Notes: generated by a model not told the origin, from the sequence alone. DNA of 32,000 nt from Acaryochloris marina S15 (GCF_018336915.1 NZ_CP064923.1:1920001-1952000), one strand, 5' to 3'. Positions 8,492 through 17,625 are shown, counted from the first letter of the stretch. Made by a program: numbers and translations.

Positions 8492-8499
8492 CGAAATTT
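8492..8499. repeat. Right target-site duplication of the IS1-family element (CGAAATTT)
   Basis: Identical to 6086..6093 and directly follows IRR. Confidence 0.8.
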
Positions 8500-8912
8500 G
8501 AGTTTCAATTCCGCTTAACAAGCTGTAACTATCATCTCTGAAATGGTTTGGATTCGAATCTACCCCTAGAGAGACAGGCTATGGGCTAAGGGTCTGACCT
8601 AAGAAGGAGATTAAGCTTCGATAAGCAGTCGTTGGGGTGGCTTATTGGGCTCCTCAAGATCAGACCGCGGCTAAAGATTGGTCGGAGCGAAAAGTTCTAT
8701 AGCTTAAATGCGAAGCCCTATCCGTCCAGGACCTTTTCTAGGTGGGCATTCGTTTTATTGCTCTTAACTAAAGCCTTAGAGAGGGCTACAGTTTATCGAT
8801 TTCCGAATATTGGTTAACTGCAGTCTGGCCCTAGGAATAAGCCCAAGTCTACGGATGTTCTTGTACGTCAAGAGGTAGAGACTGTTAGGGTTGGTTGCTA
8901 GCAATACCTTAT

Positions 8913-10205
8913 ATGTCAACGTTGGTTTTGATTTTGCGATCGCTCTTATGGTTACTCCTCGGATTGACCGGGGTGATATTAGTCAGCTTGTATATTCGAG
9001 GGGCATTTCGCACACCCGTAACCTATCGAGTCGAAGACGGTCCCAGCCCAGAAGAATCTAGATTTCCAACGGTGCTGGCTAGTTTGTCTACCTCTTTGAT
9101 CACCTCAGGAACGATCACCCAGTTCTGGTCCAAACCCGATCAGATTCAGGCGGCTCGGTTAGAGGCCATTAAAACTGCCCAACGGACGATTCATTTTGAG
9201 ACGTTTTTTATGACACCGGGGCGTCGAGCCAATGACTTTGCCGCAGCCCTAGCGGAGCGGGCAACCGCAGGTGTACAAGTACAGCTCGTGATTGACGCTT
9301 ATGGTGCCCATACCCTACCCAATCGTTATTGGCAGCGGCTCCAATCCGCGGGCGTGCAGGTGGAATTCTTCAATCGATTGGACTGGCGGGCACCCTCTAA
9401 TTTTGCCGGTCGTACCCACCGAAAGTTACTGCTGATTGATGGAAATGTTGGGTTGATTGGCGGTGCAGGTATCTCTGATCATTGGGACGGAGACGAACAA
9501 ACTGCTCCCTGGCTAGATATTGAGGTTTGCTTAGAAGGAGAGATCGTACCCATTTTAGAGGGCATGTTTATTCAGCATTGGACCTACAGCGGTGGCGAGG
9601 CCAATCTCAGAGCCGAGATCTTTCAGACTGATCCAGCTCAGGACCCAACATTGATGTTGGTGACACCCGGGAATAATCCCACCTACCGTTTTTCTCCAAT
9701 TCGGGCGCTGAAAGAAAATACGATTGTGGCTGCCAGAAAGCGGATTTGGTTAGCGAGCCCCTATCTGATTCCAGACCGAAACACTCGTGAACTCCTGATC
9801 GAAGCCAAGCAGTCTGGCGTGGATGTTCGCATCCTCACATCCACCCTTGAAAATATCGATAAAAAATACGTTTACTATGCCGCTTATGAATTATGTGGCG
9901 ATCTGCTCAAAAACGGCATTGAGATTTACGAATATCTTCCCAATATGACCCATGCCAAGATGCTGCTGATTGATGACCGATGGGTCAATATTGGCAGTGC
10001 TAACTTCGACCCCCGTAGTTTCTTTCATAATGAGGAACTAGATATTTCCACTGCCGAGCCCAGGCTTCAACAGTCAGTTGAACAAGTGTTTGTAGACGCA
10101 TTTGCCCAAAGTCAGACCATGAGCTTTAAGGATTGGCAACAGCGCTCTTGGTGGCGGCATCGGTTGTTCGGCAGTTTGGTTCGGTTTATTCAATGGCAAC
10201 TTTAG
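8913..10205 (+). CDS. Phospholipase D family protein, cardiolipin-synthase-like (two HKD motifs, N-terminal membrane anchor)
   Basis: HRKLLLIDGNVGLIGGAGISD and HAKMLLIDDRWVNIGSANFD are two HxKxxxxD motifs. The N-terminus STLVLILRSLLWLLLGLTGVILVSLYI is hydrophobic. The first ATG is at 8913; the track start at 8895 is a TTG. Confidence 0.8.
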   Translation: MSTLVLILRSLLWLLLGLTGVILVSLYIRGAFRTPVTYRVEDGPSPEESRFPTVLASLSTSLITSGTITQFWSKPDQIQAARLEAIKTAQRTIHFETFFMTPGRRANDFAAALAERATAGVQVQLVIDAYGAHTLPNRYWQRLQSAGVQVEFFNRLDWRAPSNFAGRTHRKLLLIDGNVGLIGGAGISDHWDGDEQTAPWLDIEVCLEGEIVPILEGMFIQHWTYSGGEANLRAEIFQTDPAQDPTLMLVTPGNNPTYRFSPIRALKENTIVAARKRIWLASPYLIPDRNTRELLIEAKQSGVDVRILTSTLENIDKKYVYYAAYELCGDLLKNGIEIYEYLPNMTHAKMLLIDDRWVNIGSANFDPRSFFHNEELDISTAEPRLQQSVEQVFVDAFAQSQTMSFKDWQQRSWWRHRLFGSLVRFIQWQL

Positions 10206-10409
10206 AGGTGGGCAAAACCATTACCGATCGAGGGACTGCCGCTGTCTAGTTTGAGGTTGCTTGCTTCGTCCTTGCTTCTACTGCCACCGGGACGGCAGGC
10301 GCGAGAAGAATTTTCTTGCCATGCTGTAAAAGTTGTCTGGATAAGTCTTCAGGCTTGTTCAGGACTAATCTTGGGAAAAGCAGTTACTCAGTCGGTTGAC
10401 CAGGATGCA

Positions 10410-10811
10410 TTACTTCTCATCCGTTACATAACTGGGGAATTTGTCAGCAAAGTACTTACTGAGCAATGTATTAATGAAGGAGAGCAAGACAGGTGCCAGG
10501 AGGAAGGAAAGAAGCCCGCTGACCTTAAATCCAGGCACCAATAAAGCCGCCAACCATAGGCAGAAGCCATTTACAATCAGTGAAAACGCTCCTAAGCTCA
10601 AAAAAGTTAAGGGCAGAGACAATAAGGAAATCACTGGCTTAACGACAGCGTTCACAATGCCAATGGCCCCTCCCCCCACGAGTGCGGCTGGAAATGTAGA
10701 GAGATCAATCCCCGGAAAAACGATATCAACGACTAGTAAACTGAGGGCTGTGGCCAAAATGGTCAGGGCTGAACCGATCAGCACATTTTTGGAATCATAA
10801 CGAGCTAGCAT
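10410..10811 (-). CDS. Small four-helix membrane protein, YvlD / 'phage holin family 4' (PF04020-like)
   Basis: 133 aa and almost entirely hydrophobic. GAIGIVNAVVKPVISLLSLPLTFLSLGAFSLIVNG resembles the N-A-x-[VI]-[KR]-P-[VIL] core I recall for this family. No phage genes are adjacent. Confidence 0.5.
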   Translation of the reverse strand: MLARYDSKNVLIGSALTILATALSLLVVDIVFPGIDLSTFPAALVGGGAIGIVNAVVKPVISLLSLPLTFLSLGAFSLIVNGFCLWLAALLVPGFKVSGLLSFLLAPVLLSFINTLLSKYFADKFPSYVTDEK

Positions 10812-11065
10812 AATTTATTTCCTTGTTTTTGAATGAAGGGTATGAACGGGATTTGATTGTCAGCATAGGAGAGCAACTGTTCTTCCCGTATCTACCTTGA
10901 GAGTGAACCTATTTTTGGTGGCTCTTCCGCAAGAAATAGTCTGACTACTGAAGTCACTTTCTATCCTTGAGGAATAGAGAGAGGTCGGTCTTTAGGTAGA
11001 TGCCCGATGGGCGTTCAAAATTGGATACTCGGGATATTGAAAATAGTCCTTACATCCTAAAAATC

Positions 11066-11242
11066 ATGAGTCTTTTAAACGTGGTTCTTGCTATCGTCTT
11101 CCCTCCAGTCAGCATTTTTTTGAATGAAGGTATGGGTGGCACCTTATTCATCAATATCTTGCTAACCCTCGTGGGATGGGTTCCTGGTTCAATCCATGCT
11201 GTTTGGGTTCTCTCTAAACAAGGGGAGAGAGCCAGGATTTAG
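11066..11242 (+). CDS. YqaE/Pmp3 family proteolipid membrane protein
   Basis: A 58-aa product from the ATG at 11066. LAIVFPPVSIFLNEG...FINILLTLVGWVPGSIHAVWVL matches the Pmp3/UPF0057 signature (ILLTLLG-x-PG-x-IHA). Confidence 0.75.
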   Translation: MSLLNVVLAIVFPPVSIFLNEGMGGTLFINILLTLVGWVPGSIHAVWVLSKQGERARI

Positions 11243-11376
11243 CAACAGAATTTTCTGCACAATGCATCTACCGAATGCCTCAGCTAGATTCAACCCCTCC
11301 ATTGTGGAAAGTGAAGTCTGGCTATTAACGAATCTTTGCCCTATTAGGCATATCAGCGTGGAGCTAAACAATACTA

Positions 11377-12150
11377 TTGAATAGTTTGAATTTACAGTTA
11401 AATTTTTGGGTTTATTGGTTTATCTTTTGTGGCATTATCCTAGGCCGATACTTCATTGTCGCAGGTGGTACCCATTGGCTATTACATTTACTCTTGGGCA
11501 ATCAGCTTTTCGAGTCTTGGTTTGGCAATAAGCAACAAATAAGGAAAGCCATTTCAGAAGATATTAAGCTTTCTACTCTGTCAGCTATTTTCTTTGCACT
11601 GAGTGCAGCCTGCTTTATGGGTTGCTACCAGTTGAAACTGACACAAGTCTATACCCATTTAGAAGTTCAAGATTTAGCCTACTTGGTGGCTAGCTATGTG
11701 GGAGTGTTGATCCTTCAAGATACATACTTCTACTTTATGCATCGGTTATTTCATCTACCATCCCTGTTCAAGCGATTTCACCAAGGACATCACCAGTCTA
11801 AAATCCCTACCCCTTGGACCTCTTTTGCCTTTGATCCTCTAGAAGCAGTCTTTCAAGCGTTGTTCTTGTTTGCGATTACCTTCGTAGTTCCCTTGCATTA
11901 CGGTGTTCTCCTGGCGCTTTTGACCACAATGACGGTTTGGGCTGTGGGGAATCATCTGGGGTTTCAAATCATTCCAGATTCTCGCCTCAGCCGTTGGTGG
12001 GGAGGATGGTGCATTGGTTCAACCCACCATTTGGTTCACCACAACCGATATACACGTCACTATGGTTTGTATTTCACCTTTTGGGATAAACTGCTCGGCA
12101 CTCAGGATGACCGTTACGAAGAGCAACGATTAGAGTCTAGGCATCCCTAG
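11377..12150 (+). CDS. Fatty acid hydroxylase superfamily / sterol-desaturase-family membrane enzyme
   Basis: Three histidine boxes are present: HRLFH, HQGHHQS and HHLVHHN, in a polytopic membrane protein. The start is uncertain (TTG at 11377, no nearby ATG). Confidence 0.7.
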   Translation: MNSLNLQLNFWVYWFIFCGIILGRYFIVAGGTHWLLHLLLGNQLFESWFGNKQQIRKAISEDIKLSTLSAIFFALSAACFMGCYQLKLTQVYTHLEVQDLAYLVASYVGVLILQDTYFYFMHRLFHLPSLFKRFHQGHHQSKIPTPWTSFAFDPLEAVFQALFLFAITFVVPLHYGVLLALLTTMTVWAVGNHLGFQIIPDSRLSRWWGGWCIGSTHHLVHHNRYTRHYGLYFTFWDKLLGTQDDRYEEQRLESRHP

Positions 12151-12151
12151 A

Positions 12152-13600
12152 CTATTCTGTTTGAGGCCAAGTGAACCTGAAGGTTGTCCCTTGATTGGGT
12201 TTCGATTCTACTTGAATCCTTCCGCCTTTTGACTTGACGATTTTTTGGACAATTGATAGACCAATGCCAGTATTTTCAGTGGTATCTCGACTATCTAAGA
12301 CTTGAAAGATTTTAAAGATCTTATCGTGGTAATCTTCGGCAATCCCTGGACCATCATCACTAACCACAAACTCATAGCAATCCCGCTGCTTTGTCCCTGA
12401 GACCCGAATATGCCCTTCTGATTGGTGATGATGTTTGATGGCATTGCTCAGCAGGTTGCTAAAGACTTGCTGTAATTGGAGGGTATCCGTTTGCAGAGTG
12501 GGCATTGTCCCCACAATCTCAATTTTGAATTCGGTAGGGGGAGCCAACGAATCGATGATCTCGGCGAGCAAGTCTTCGACCCTGATCGTTTCTATAGTGG
12601 ATTGCCGTCGCCCAATCCGAGAAAACTGCAGCAGCCCATTAATCAACGCTTCCATACGATGAACTCGTTTGCGCAGCAAGTTCATCTGGTAGCGATTTTC
12701 TTCATCTAGTTTTTCTTCAAGATCTTCTTCAATCCATTCCGAGAGATTTGCAATTGCCCGCAAAGGGGCTTTCAAGTCGTGAGAAACCACATAGGTAAAC
12801 TGGTCTAGCTCCTTATTGCGCTCAGCTAAGGTGAGATTTGCTGTAGCTAAAATTCGATTAGTGGCCGCCAATTCATTCCCGCGGCGCAGCATTTGCTTTT
12901 CCGTTTGCCGATACAAAGATAAAGCGGCAGCAAATCCCAATAGGCTAATCACCCCAGACACCCCCAATAGGGAATCATTGACAAACCTAGCTTGGTTCAG
13001 ACGAGTGCGGCGTCTTACTAATAATTCCTGTTCAGTCTCTTTAAAATCTTGAAGGGATTGTCGGACCGCATCCATACGAGCTTTGCCTTGTTCCACTAAA
13101 ACCCCGAGTCGAGGGGCCTGGGGTGCAAATCGGAAATCGTTTTCGATTTGTTTTAGGGTTTTAGCAAGAATATCGAGTTCTTGTTGGATTAAAAGTTTCA
13201 GCCCCGTAACCTGTTGGCGTTGTTCTGGATTGCCCTGAACCTGTTGAAATAATTCCTGCACCGTCGGTTCAATGTCGGGTAATGCCTCTCGATAAGACGT
13301 CAGAAATTTTTGGTCTTCGGTGAGGCCATAGCCCCGAATTCCTGTTTCCGCATTGATCAAAACGTTTAAAAGTTGATCGCTGGTCCGCAGGACTTTCTGG
13401 GTATGGACGATTTGCTGATAGGTAAATTCTTCATTTTTGCGGGTGCCGATCCAGGCTGCCATGGTAATCAGCAGACAGGTTAAAGGAATGGCTAAAATAA
13501 CTGTTCCTTGGCGAGTTAGGGACAGATTAGTCCAGTAGTGGAGAATGGATTTTCTCTTGGCTGGGTTCTTGGCTTTAGGCGCTTGCTCAGCTTGTCCCAT
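12152..13600 (-). CDS. Sensor histidine kinase with periplasmic CHASE3-like domain
   Basis: An N-terminal TM segment is followed by NAETGIRGYGLTEDQKFLTSYREA (CHASE3-like) and a second TM. The H-box is VVSHDLKAPLR, and the HATPase N/G boxes are LLSNAIKHH, DDGPGI and GIGLSIV. Confidence 0.8.
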   Translation of the reverse strand: MGQAEQAPKAKNPAKRKSILHYWTNLSLTRQGTVILAIPLTCLLITMAAWIGTRKNEEFTYQQIVHTQKVLRTSDQLLNVLINAETGIRGYGLTEDQKFLTSYREALPDIEPTVQELFQQVQGNPEQRQQVTGLKLLIQQELDILAKTLKQIENDFRFAPQAPRLGVLVEQGKARMDAVRQSLQDFKETEQELLVRRRTRLNQARFVNDSLLGVSGVISLLGFAAALSLYRQTEKQMLRRGNELAATNRILATANLTLAERNKELDQFTYVVSHDLKAPLRAIANLSEWIEEDLEEKLDEENRYQMNLLRKRVHRMEALINGLLQFSRIGRRQSTIETIRVEDLLAEIIDSLAPPTEFKIEIVGTMPTLQTDTLQLQQVFSNLLSNAIKHHHQSEGHIRVSGTKQRDCYEFVVSDDGPGIAEDYHDKIFKIFQVLDSRDTTENTGIGLSIVQKIVKSKGGRIQVESKPNQGTTFRFTWPQTE

Positions 13601-13637
13601 AGTTTTGCAACGTTAGATCAGTCCTGCTGGAGAATCG

Positions 13638-14354
13638 TTAATTGACCAAGCCTGAGCGGAGAGCTCTGACGGCAGCTTGGGTGCGGTCATCGGCACATAG
13701 TTTATTCAAAATGCTGCGCACGTGGGTTTTGACGGTGCCCACGGAAATATAGAGTTTGTCGGCAATGGCGGCATTACTGCATCCTGCCACAATCAGTTCT
13801 AAAACTTCTAATTCGCGATCCGTTAACGGTTCTGTTTCTAAGATGGCTTGGTATTCCGGATCAGTGGCTTTAATTACCGTGGTTTCGGCTTCAACATCTT
13901 GAAGATTTTCTTTTGACGCTTTCGCTTGCTGCAAAACGATCCGGGCAATGTTGGGATCAATCCAAGCGTTGCCCTCATGGGTGAGCTGAATAGCGCTGAG
14001 TAAGTCCTCGACACTGACTTCCTTAAGGCTGTAGGAATCTGCGCCAGCGGCAAAGGCTGCGAGTACGGCATCTTCACTGGTATTAGCCGTCAGCATCAGC
14101 ACCTTGGTTTGCAAGGTTTCGTCTGCCTGCTGTACTTGTTTGAGCTGTAGGGTTACTTCAATGCCATCGATGTCGGGTAGGCCAATATCCAAGATGGCGA
14201 CATCGGGTTTATATTGCTGAATCATCTCCAGTCCCTGGCGACCATTGGCCGCCGATCCGAGTACATCCACTACCCCACTATGCTGAAGCGCCGCCGTCAG
14301 TCCCACACGGCTGAGATCATGGTCTTCAATAATAACAACCTGAATTTTAGTCAT
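13638..14354 (-). CDS. Response regulator, NarL/FixJ class (REC + LuxR-type HTH)
   Basis: VVIIEDHDL...VAILDIGLPDIDG is the receiver. The C-terminal LTDRELEVLELIVAGCSNAAIADKLYISVGTVKTHVRSILNKL is the LuxR-type HTH. Confidence 0.9.
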   Translation of the reverse strand: MTKIQVVIIEDHDLSRVGLTAALQHSGVVDVLGSAANGRQGLEMIQQYKPDVAILDIGLPDIDGIEVTLQLKQVQQADETLQTKVLMLTANTSEDAVLAAFAAGADSYSLKEVSVEDLLSAIQLTHEGNAWIDPNIARIVLQQAKASKENLQDVEAETTVIKATDPEYQAILETEPLTDRELEVLELIVAGCSNAAIADKLYISVGTVKTHVRSILNKLCADDRTQAAVRALRSGLVN

Positions 14355-14398
14355 TAGTTCGCCTTGTTAATGGATGAATAAGAGGAGCTAGAAACGGA

Positions 14399-15361
14399 CT
14401 AGGAAGCTGTTAAGGAGAGGTCAGACTGATTGGGACTCTCTTGGGGAATCAAAGGTGATTCGCTGATTGTGGCATTGATTGCTTTGGCTTGATCAACATT
14501 GTCAGCAATCGTTTGGCAAATGTCATCGATGGGTAAATCATTGGCATCTTGCCCAAAGGGGTTATCCAGTTCTCGTCCTACTTCTTCCAGGCCCAGCAGG
14601 ATAAAGCTGACCACTGCCACCATGGGCAATGCCCATCCATGAATGTCAGGCACCCAACGAAAGGGTAAACCGATACAGTAAATCAGAATCAACCGTTTTA
14701 AATAAATTCGATAGGCGATGGGAAGGGGGGTGGAACGAATGCGCTCACAGCTACTCATTCCTTCAATCATTTGACTCAAAGATTGATCGAGATTGGAGGC
14801 TTGGTTACTATCAATATGACCTTGCTGTAGGGCCTGCTGTAGGTGCATCCCGATCCAAAACGTGATTTGTAAGGGAGGATGTTTGGCATCTGCCAAAATT
14901 TGAGCCTGCTCAGGTGTAATCAGGTCTTGCAGTTGTTTATCGATGGGCTCTGATCGCAAGTGCAGTTTTGTGGCTAGGGCAAAAGCGACCAGTAGATTGA
15001 GTAAGGCATCCCGATCTGTTGAGGGGGTGGTTTTGGGAGAGGGCCAAAGTAAGGCAACCTGTCGAGCAAAGTTGCGGCTGTTAACCACCAGCATTCCCCA
15101 GGCTTTGCGACCATCCCAAAAACGATCGTAGGCAGTGTTGGTGCGAAACACGAGCAGTAAACCCAAGACCAGGTTGTAGACCACGTTGGTGGTGAGGTTA
15201 CCAATCTCTTTGAGGTAAATGGGGTAGCCCCAATAGTCAAGACTACAGATGGCGAAGGTGAACCCGGCAAAGGCCAGGATTCGAGGCAGGATAATGCCCG
15301 CAACGGAGCCGTCGAGTCTGAAGGTGGTAGCTAGCCAATTCGATTGGGTGGGAGTGTCCAT
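14399..15361 (-). CDS. Bestrophin-family (UPF0187/YneE-like) ion channel
   Basis: FRTNTAYDRFWDGRKAWG matches the R-x-N-x-AY-x-R-[WF]W-[ED]-GR signature. It has four predicted TM segments in about 320 aa. Confidence 0.75.
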   Translation of the reverse strand: MDTPTQSNWLATTFRLDGSVAGIILPRILAFAGFTFAICSLDYWGYPIYLKEIGNLTTNVVYNLVLGLLLVFRTNTAYDRFWDGRKAWGMLVVNSRNFARQVALLWPSPKTTPSTDRDALLNLLVAFALATKLHLRSEPIDKQLQDLITPEQAQILADAKHPPLQITFWIGMHLQQALQQGHIDSNQASNLDQSLSQMIEGMSSCERIRSTPLPIAYRIYLKRLILIYCIGLPFRWVPDIHGWALPMVAVVSFILLGLEEVGRELDNPFGQDANDLPIDDICQTIADNVDQAKAINATISESPLIPQESPNQSDLSLTAS

Positions 15362-15370
15362 AGGTTTCGT

Positions 15371-15811
15371 TTAGCTGGAAATATCCTGTTGTGCGGCTTG
15401 GGTTTCGATAAACAGCCGCATTCGACGGACGTTGCGATAGTTGGCAGTCTGGGATTGGTCTTGGTAAAGGGATGCAGCTTGGTTTAAATCTGCGATCGCA
15501 CGTTCATATCGCTCCTGCAAATAGTTAACCCACCCTCGCTGCTCTAGAATCTCGGGGTTTTGTCCAGCGGATAAATCCACGGCCTTATTAAAGGCTTGGA
15601 GACTATTAATATAATCTTGAGCAATCAAGGCATTGATACCCACCGTTTGCCAGTCCTGAGCCGTTTGTAGCGTCTGAGGTAAAGGCTGATGAACATAGGT
15701 GGGTAGGTCAAACTGGCGATGCTGCTCACTCGGTGTCGCAGTTGCGACGGCAGGCAAGACAGTGTTAATCGAAATAACTAAACACAAAGTCGGCAATAAT
15801 CTCAAAGGCAT
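15371..15811 (-). CDS. Secreted TPR-like hypothetical protein
   Basis: Signal-like N-terminus MPLRLLPTLCLVISINTVLPAVATA. The helical repeats with A/Y/L spacing (YINSLQAFNKAVDL, YERAIADLNQAASLY) suggest TPR. Its stop lies 9 bp from the bestrophin start. Confidence 0.55.
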   Translation of the reverse strand: MPLRLLPTLCLVISINTVLPAVATATPSEQHRQFDLPTYVHQPLPQTLQTAQDWQTVGINALIAQDYINSLQAFNKAVDLSAGQNPEILEQRGWVNYLQERYERAIADLNQAASLYQDQSQTANYRNVRRMRLFIETQAAQQDISS

Positions 15812-16046
15812 ATATGGGTCGCGTAACTACTGATACAACCTTAGAAAAATTTGCCACTCAATACATCCACTGGAAGATAGGAGTAGGCCTCTCTCTGGAG
15901 ATAGAGACGGGGAATAATTTTGAACCCTTCTCTGATAGAGATCTCTACCTTAGGGAGGATAGACCAGACAACAAGTTATGGCTGGAGGTAGATGGGATTC
16001 TGCTGCAACTTTTGTTGAATGGAAGTATCAAATTTGGCCTTAACTT

Positions 16047-16973
16047 ATGAAAGATAACAATCAGCTCTTGACTCATCCTCAGAAATCTACACCTAAAATG
16101 GGGGGCGTTTCCTATCAGGAGGCACTCAAGAAATGGTCAGAACGGCCTACGCAGCTATTATCTTCCTCCCAGTCTCTGTCAAGTTTAGAGTCCGTTGGCC
16201 GGACTGATGTGGGGCGTGAGCGCACCCACAACGAAGATTATTTTTCGATTGATCAGCAACATTTTTGCACCCCTGACCTGCCAGATGGCAGCTATCGAGG
16301 TCTCTATATCCTTTGTGATGGCATGGGGGGCATGGCTAAAGGGGAAGTGGCGAGTGAACTGGCCACTAAAACCCTACGAAGTTATTTGAATAGCCGCTGG
16401 CAGCGTCATTTACCCACTGAAATTGGTTTAGAACTGGCCATGAATACGGCCAATAAAGCAGTGTATGAACGCAACCAGAGAGAGCAACGGGCGGGTTCGG
16501 GCCGCATGGGAACCACTGCCGTTGTGGTGATGGTGAATAACTCCCACATTAGATATGTCCATATCGGTGACAGTCGTCTGTATCGATTGACCCGAAAGGG
16601 ATTGCAGCAATTAACCACCGATCACAACGCCTATCAGCGGGCGTTGCAGCGGGGCTATTCCCTAGAAGAAGCGCAAGCCTATGGGCCGCAACTCACCAAA
16701 GCCCTAGGACCTTGGTCGGGAGAATCCCTTCGCCCTCAGTCTCAAACCCTAGCGGTGGAAGAAGATACGGTATTTCTCCTTTGTTCTGATGGCCTCAGCG
16801 ATCATGATTTATTGGAAAACCATACCCATAGTCATTTAATGGGACTGTTAGATTTCCGTACCGATCTGGCCCATGGCATGGATCAACTGATGGCATTAGC
16901 CAACCAGAAAAATGGTCACGACAATATCACTGCAGTTGCTGTGCGGTTGAGACCTCAGCAATCATCGATTTAA
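16047..16973 (+). CDS. PP2C-family (PPM) serine/threonine protein phosphatase
   Basis: GRERTHNEDYF, LCDGMGG, LLCSDGLSD and NGHDNITAVAV are the conserved PPM metal-binding motifs. An alternative start is the ATG at 16098. Confidence 0.85.
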   Translation: MKDNNQLLTHPQKSTPKMGGVSYQEALKKWSERPTQLLSSSQSLSSLESVGRTDVGRERTHNEDYFSIDQQHFCTPDLPDGSYRGLYILCDGMGGMAKGEVASELATKTLRSYLNSRWQRHLPTEIGLELAMNTANKAVYERNQREQRAGSGRMGTTAVVVMVNNSHIRYVHIGDSRLYRLTRKGLQQLTTDHNAYQRALQRGYSLEEAQAYGPQLTKALGPWSGESLRPQSQTLAVEEDTVFLLCSDGLSDHDLLENHTHSHLMGLLDFRTDLAHGMDQLMALANQKNGHDNITAVAVRLRPQQSSI

Positions 16974-17185
16974 ACCCCCACCCCTTGGATAGAGAACTTA
17001 ACAATGAGGGGCGTGCTTGAAAAACCCCGCAAATAGGATTTTCGTTCTGTTCGCCAGGCAAAACCACGAATCTCTACCTTTTTGTAGAGTTACAACCCAG
17101 CAGCAGTCCTATAGTCTAAAAGGAACTTCCTATAATTTAGGTCTGTTACAACTGAATTGATAGTACAAGGTGGCTTGAGCCAGAG

Positions 17186-17617
17186 ATGAATGACAAAGCA
17201 CTCAATATTTTGCTCGTAGAAGATGACGAGGTAGACGTGATGAACGTCAAACGAGCTTTTAAGAAAGGCATGATTTCTAATCCCTTGTATGTCGCCAATA
17301 ATGGACTCGAAGCCTTGTCCATGCTGCGAGGGAAGGAAGGGGAGAAACCGCCTGTACCCAAGTATCGCCGCCTCATTCTGCTGGATCTCAACATGCCCAA
17401 AATGAATGGGTTGGAATTTTTAGAAGTTTTGCGCAGCGATCCGGACCTGAAATCGATTCCAGTGGTGGTACTGACCACCTCGGATGAAGATCGCGATCGC
17501 ATTGAGGCTTACCACTACAATGTGGCGGGTTATATTCTTAAACCCGTGACTTTTTCCAACTTTGCAGAGGTGATGACCACCCTCAATAAATACTGGACCC
17601 TTTGCGAAATGCTGTAG
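17186..17617 (+). CDS. Single-domain CheY-like response regulator
   Basis: ILLVEDDEVD...ILLDLNMPKMNG...VVVLTTS...GYILKP is a receiver domain only (143 aa). Confidence 0.9.
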   Translation: MNDKALNILLVEDDEVDVMNVKRAFKKGMISNPLYVANNGLEALSMLRGKEGEKPPVPKYRRLILLDLNMPKMNGLEFLEVLRSDPDLKSIPVVVLTTSDEDRDRIEAYHYNVAGYILKPVTFSNFAEVMTTLNKYWTLCEML

Positions 17618-17625
17618 TGAGCGTG

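Noticed and set aside
8545-8570. GGATTCGAATC, reminiscent of a tRNA T-arm (possible tRNA fragment or att site next to the IS)
   Set aside because: The flanks cannot form T-stem, acceptor or anticodon helices, and the core is simply a GATTCGAATC palindrome. No match to the 3' end of the tRNA-Val at 25157..25228 was found elsewhere in the window.
8632-8817. A 61-aa ORF in the region between the IS and the PLD gene
   Set aside because: It has a non-ATG start in the track, a basic low-complexity peptide, no RBS and no motif. This is more likely promoter or untranslated sequence of the PLD gene.
8913-10205. A PLD-family protein as a possible defence nuclease (Nuc-like or other HKD effector)
   Set aside because: It has an N-terminal membrane anchor and two full HKD motifs in a ~430-aa protein, which is the cardiolipin/phospholipid-synthase architecture. 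No partner defence genes are adjacent.
10251-10800. Plus-strand ORFs 10251..10544 and 10441..10800
   Set aside because: They run antisense to the much more protein-like YvlD/holin-4-like membrane gene (10410..10811), and their translations are low-complexity mirror products.
10410-10811. A 'phage holin family' protein as evidence of a prophage lysis cassette
   Set aside because: No endolysin, spanin, terminase, capsid or integrase genes are nearby. This family is widespread as a chromosomal small membrane protein.
15814-16050. A 78-aa ORF whose stop overlaps the PP2C start (ATGA), suggesting a coupled small gene
   Set aside because: Its ATG is only 3 bp from the divergent TPR-gene ATG (15811), which would leave no promoter space for either gene. 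The interval is a normal-sized divergent promoter region if the ORF is ignored, and the ORF has no recognisable motifs.
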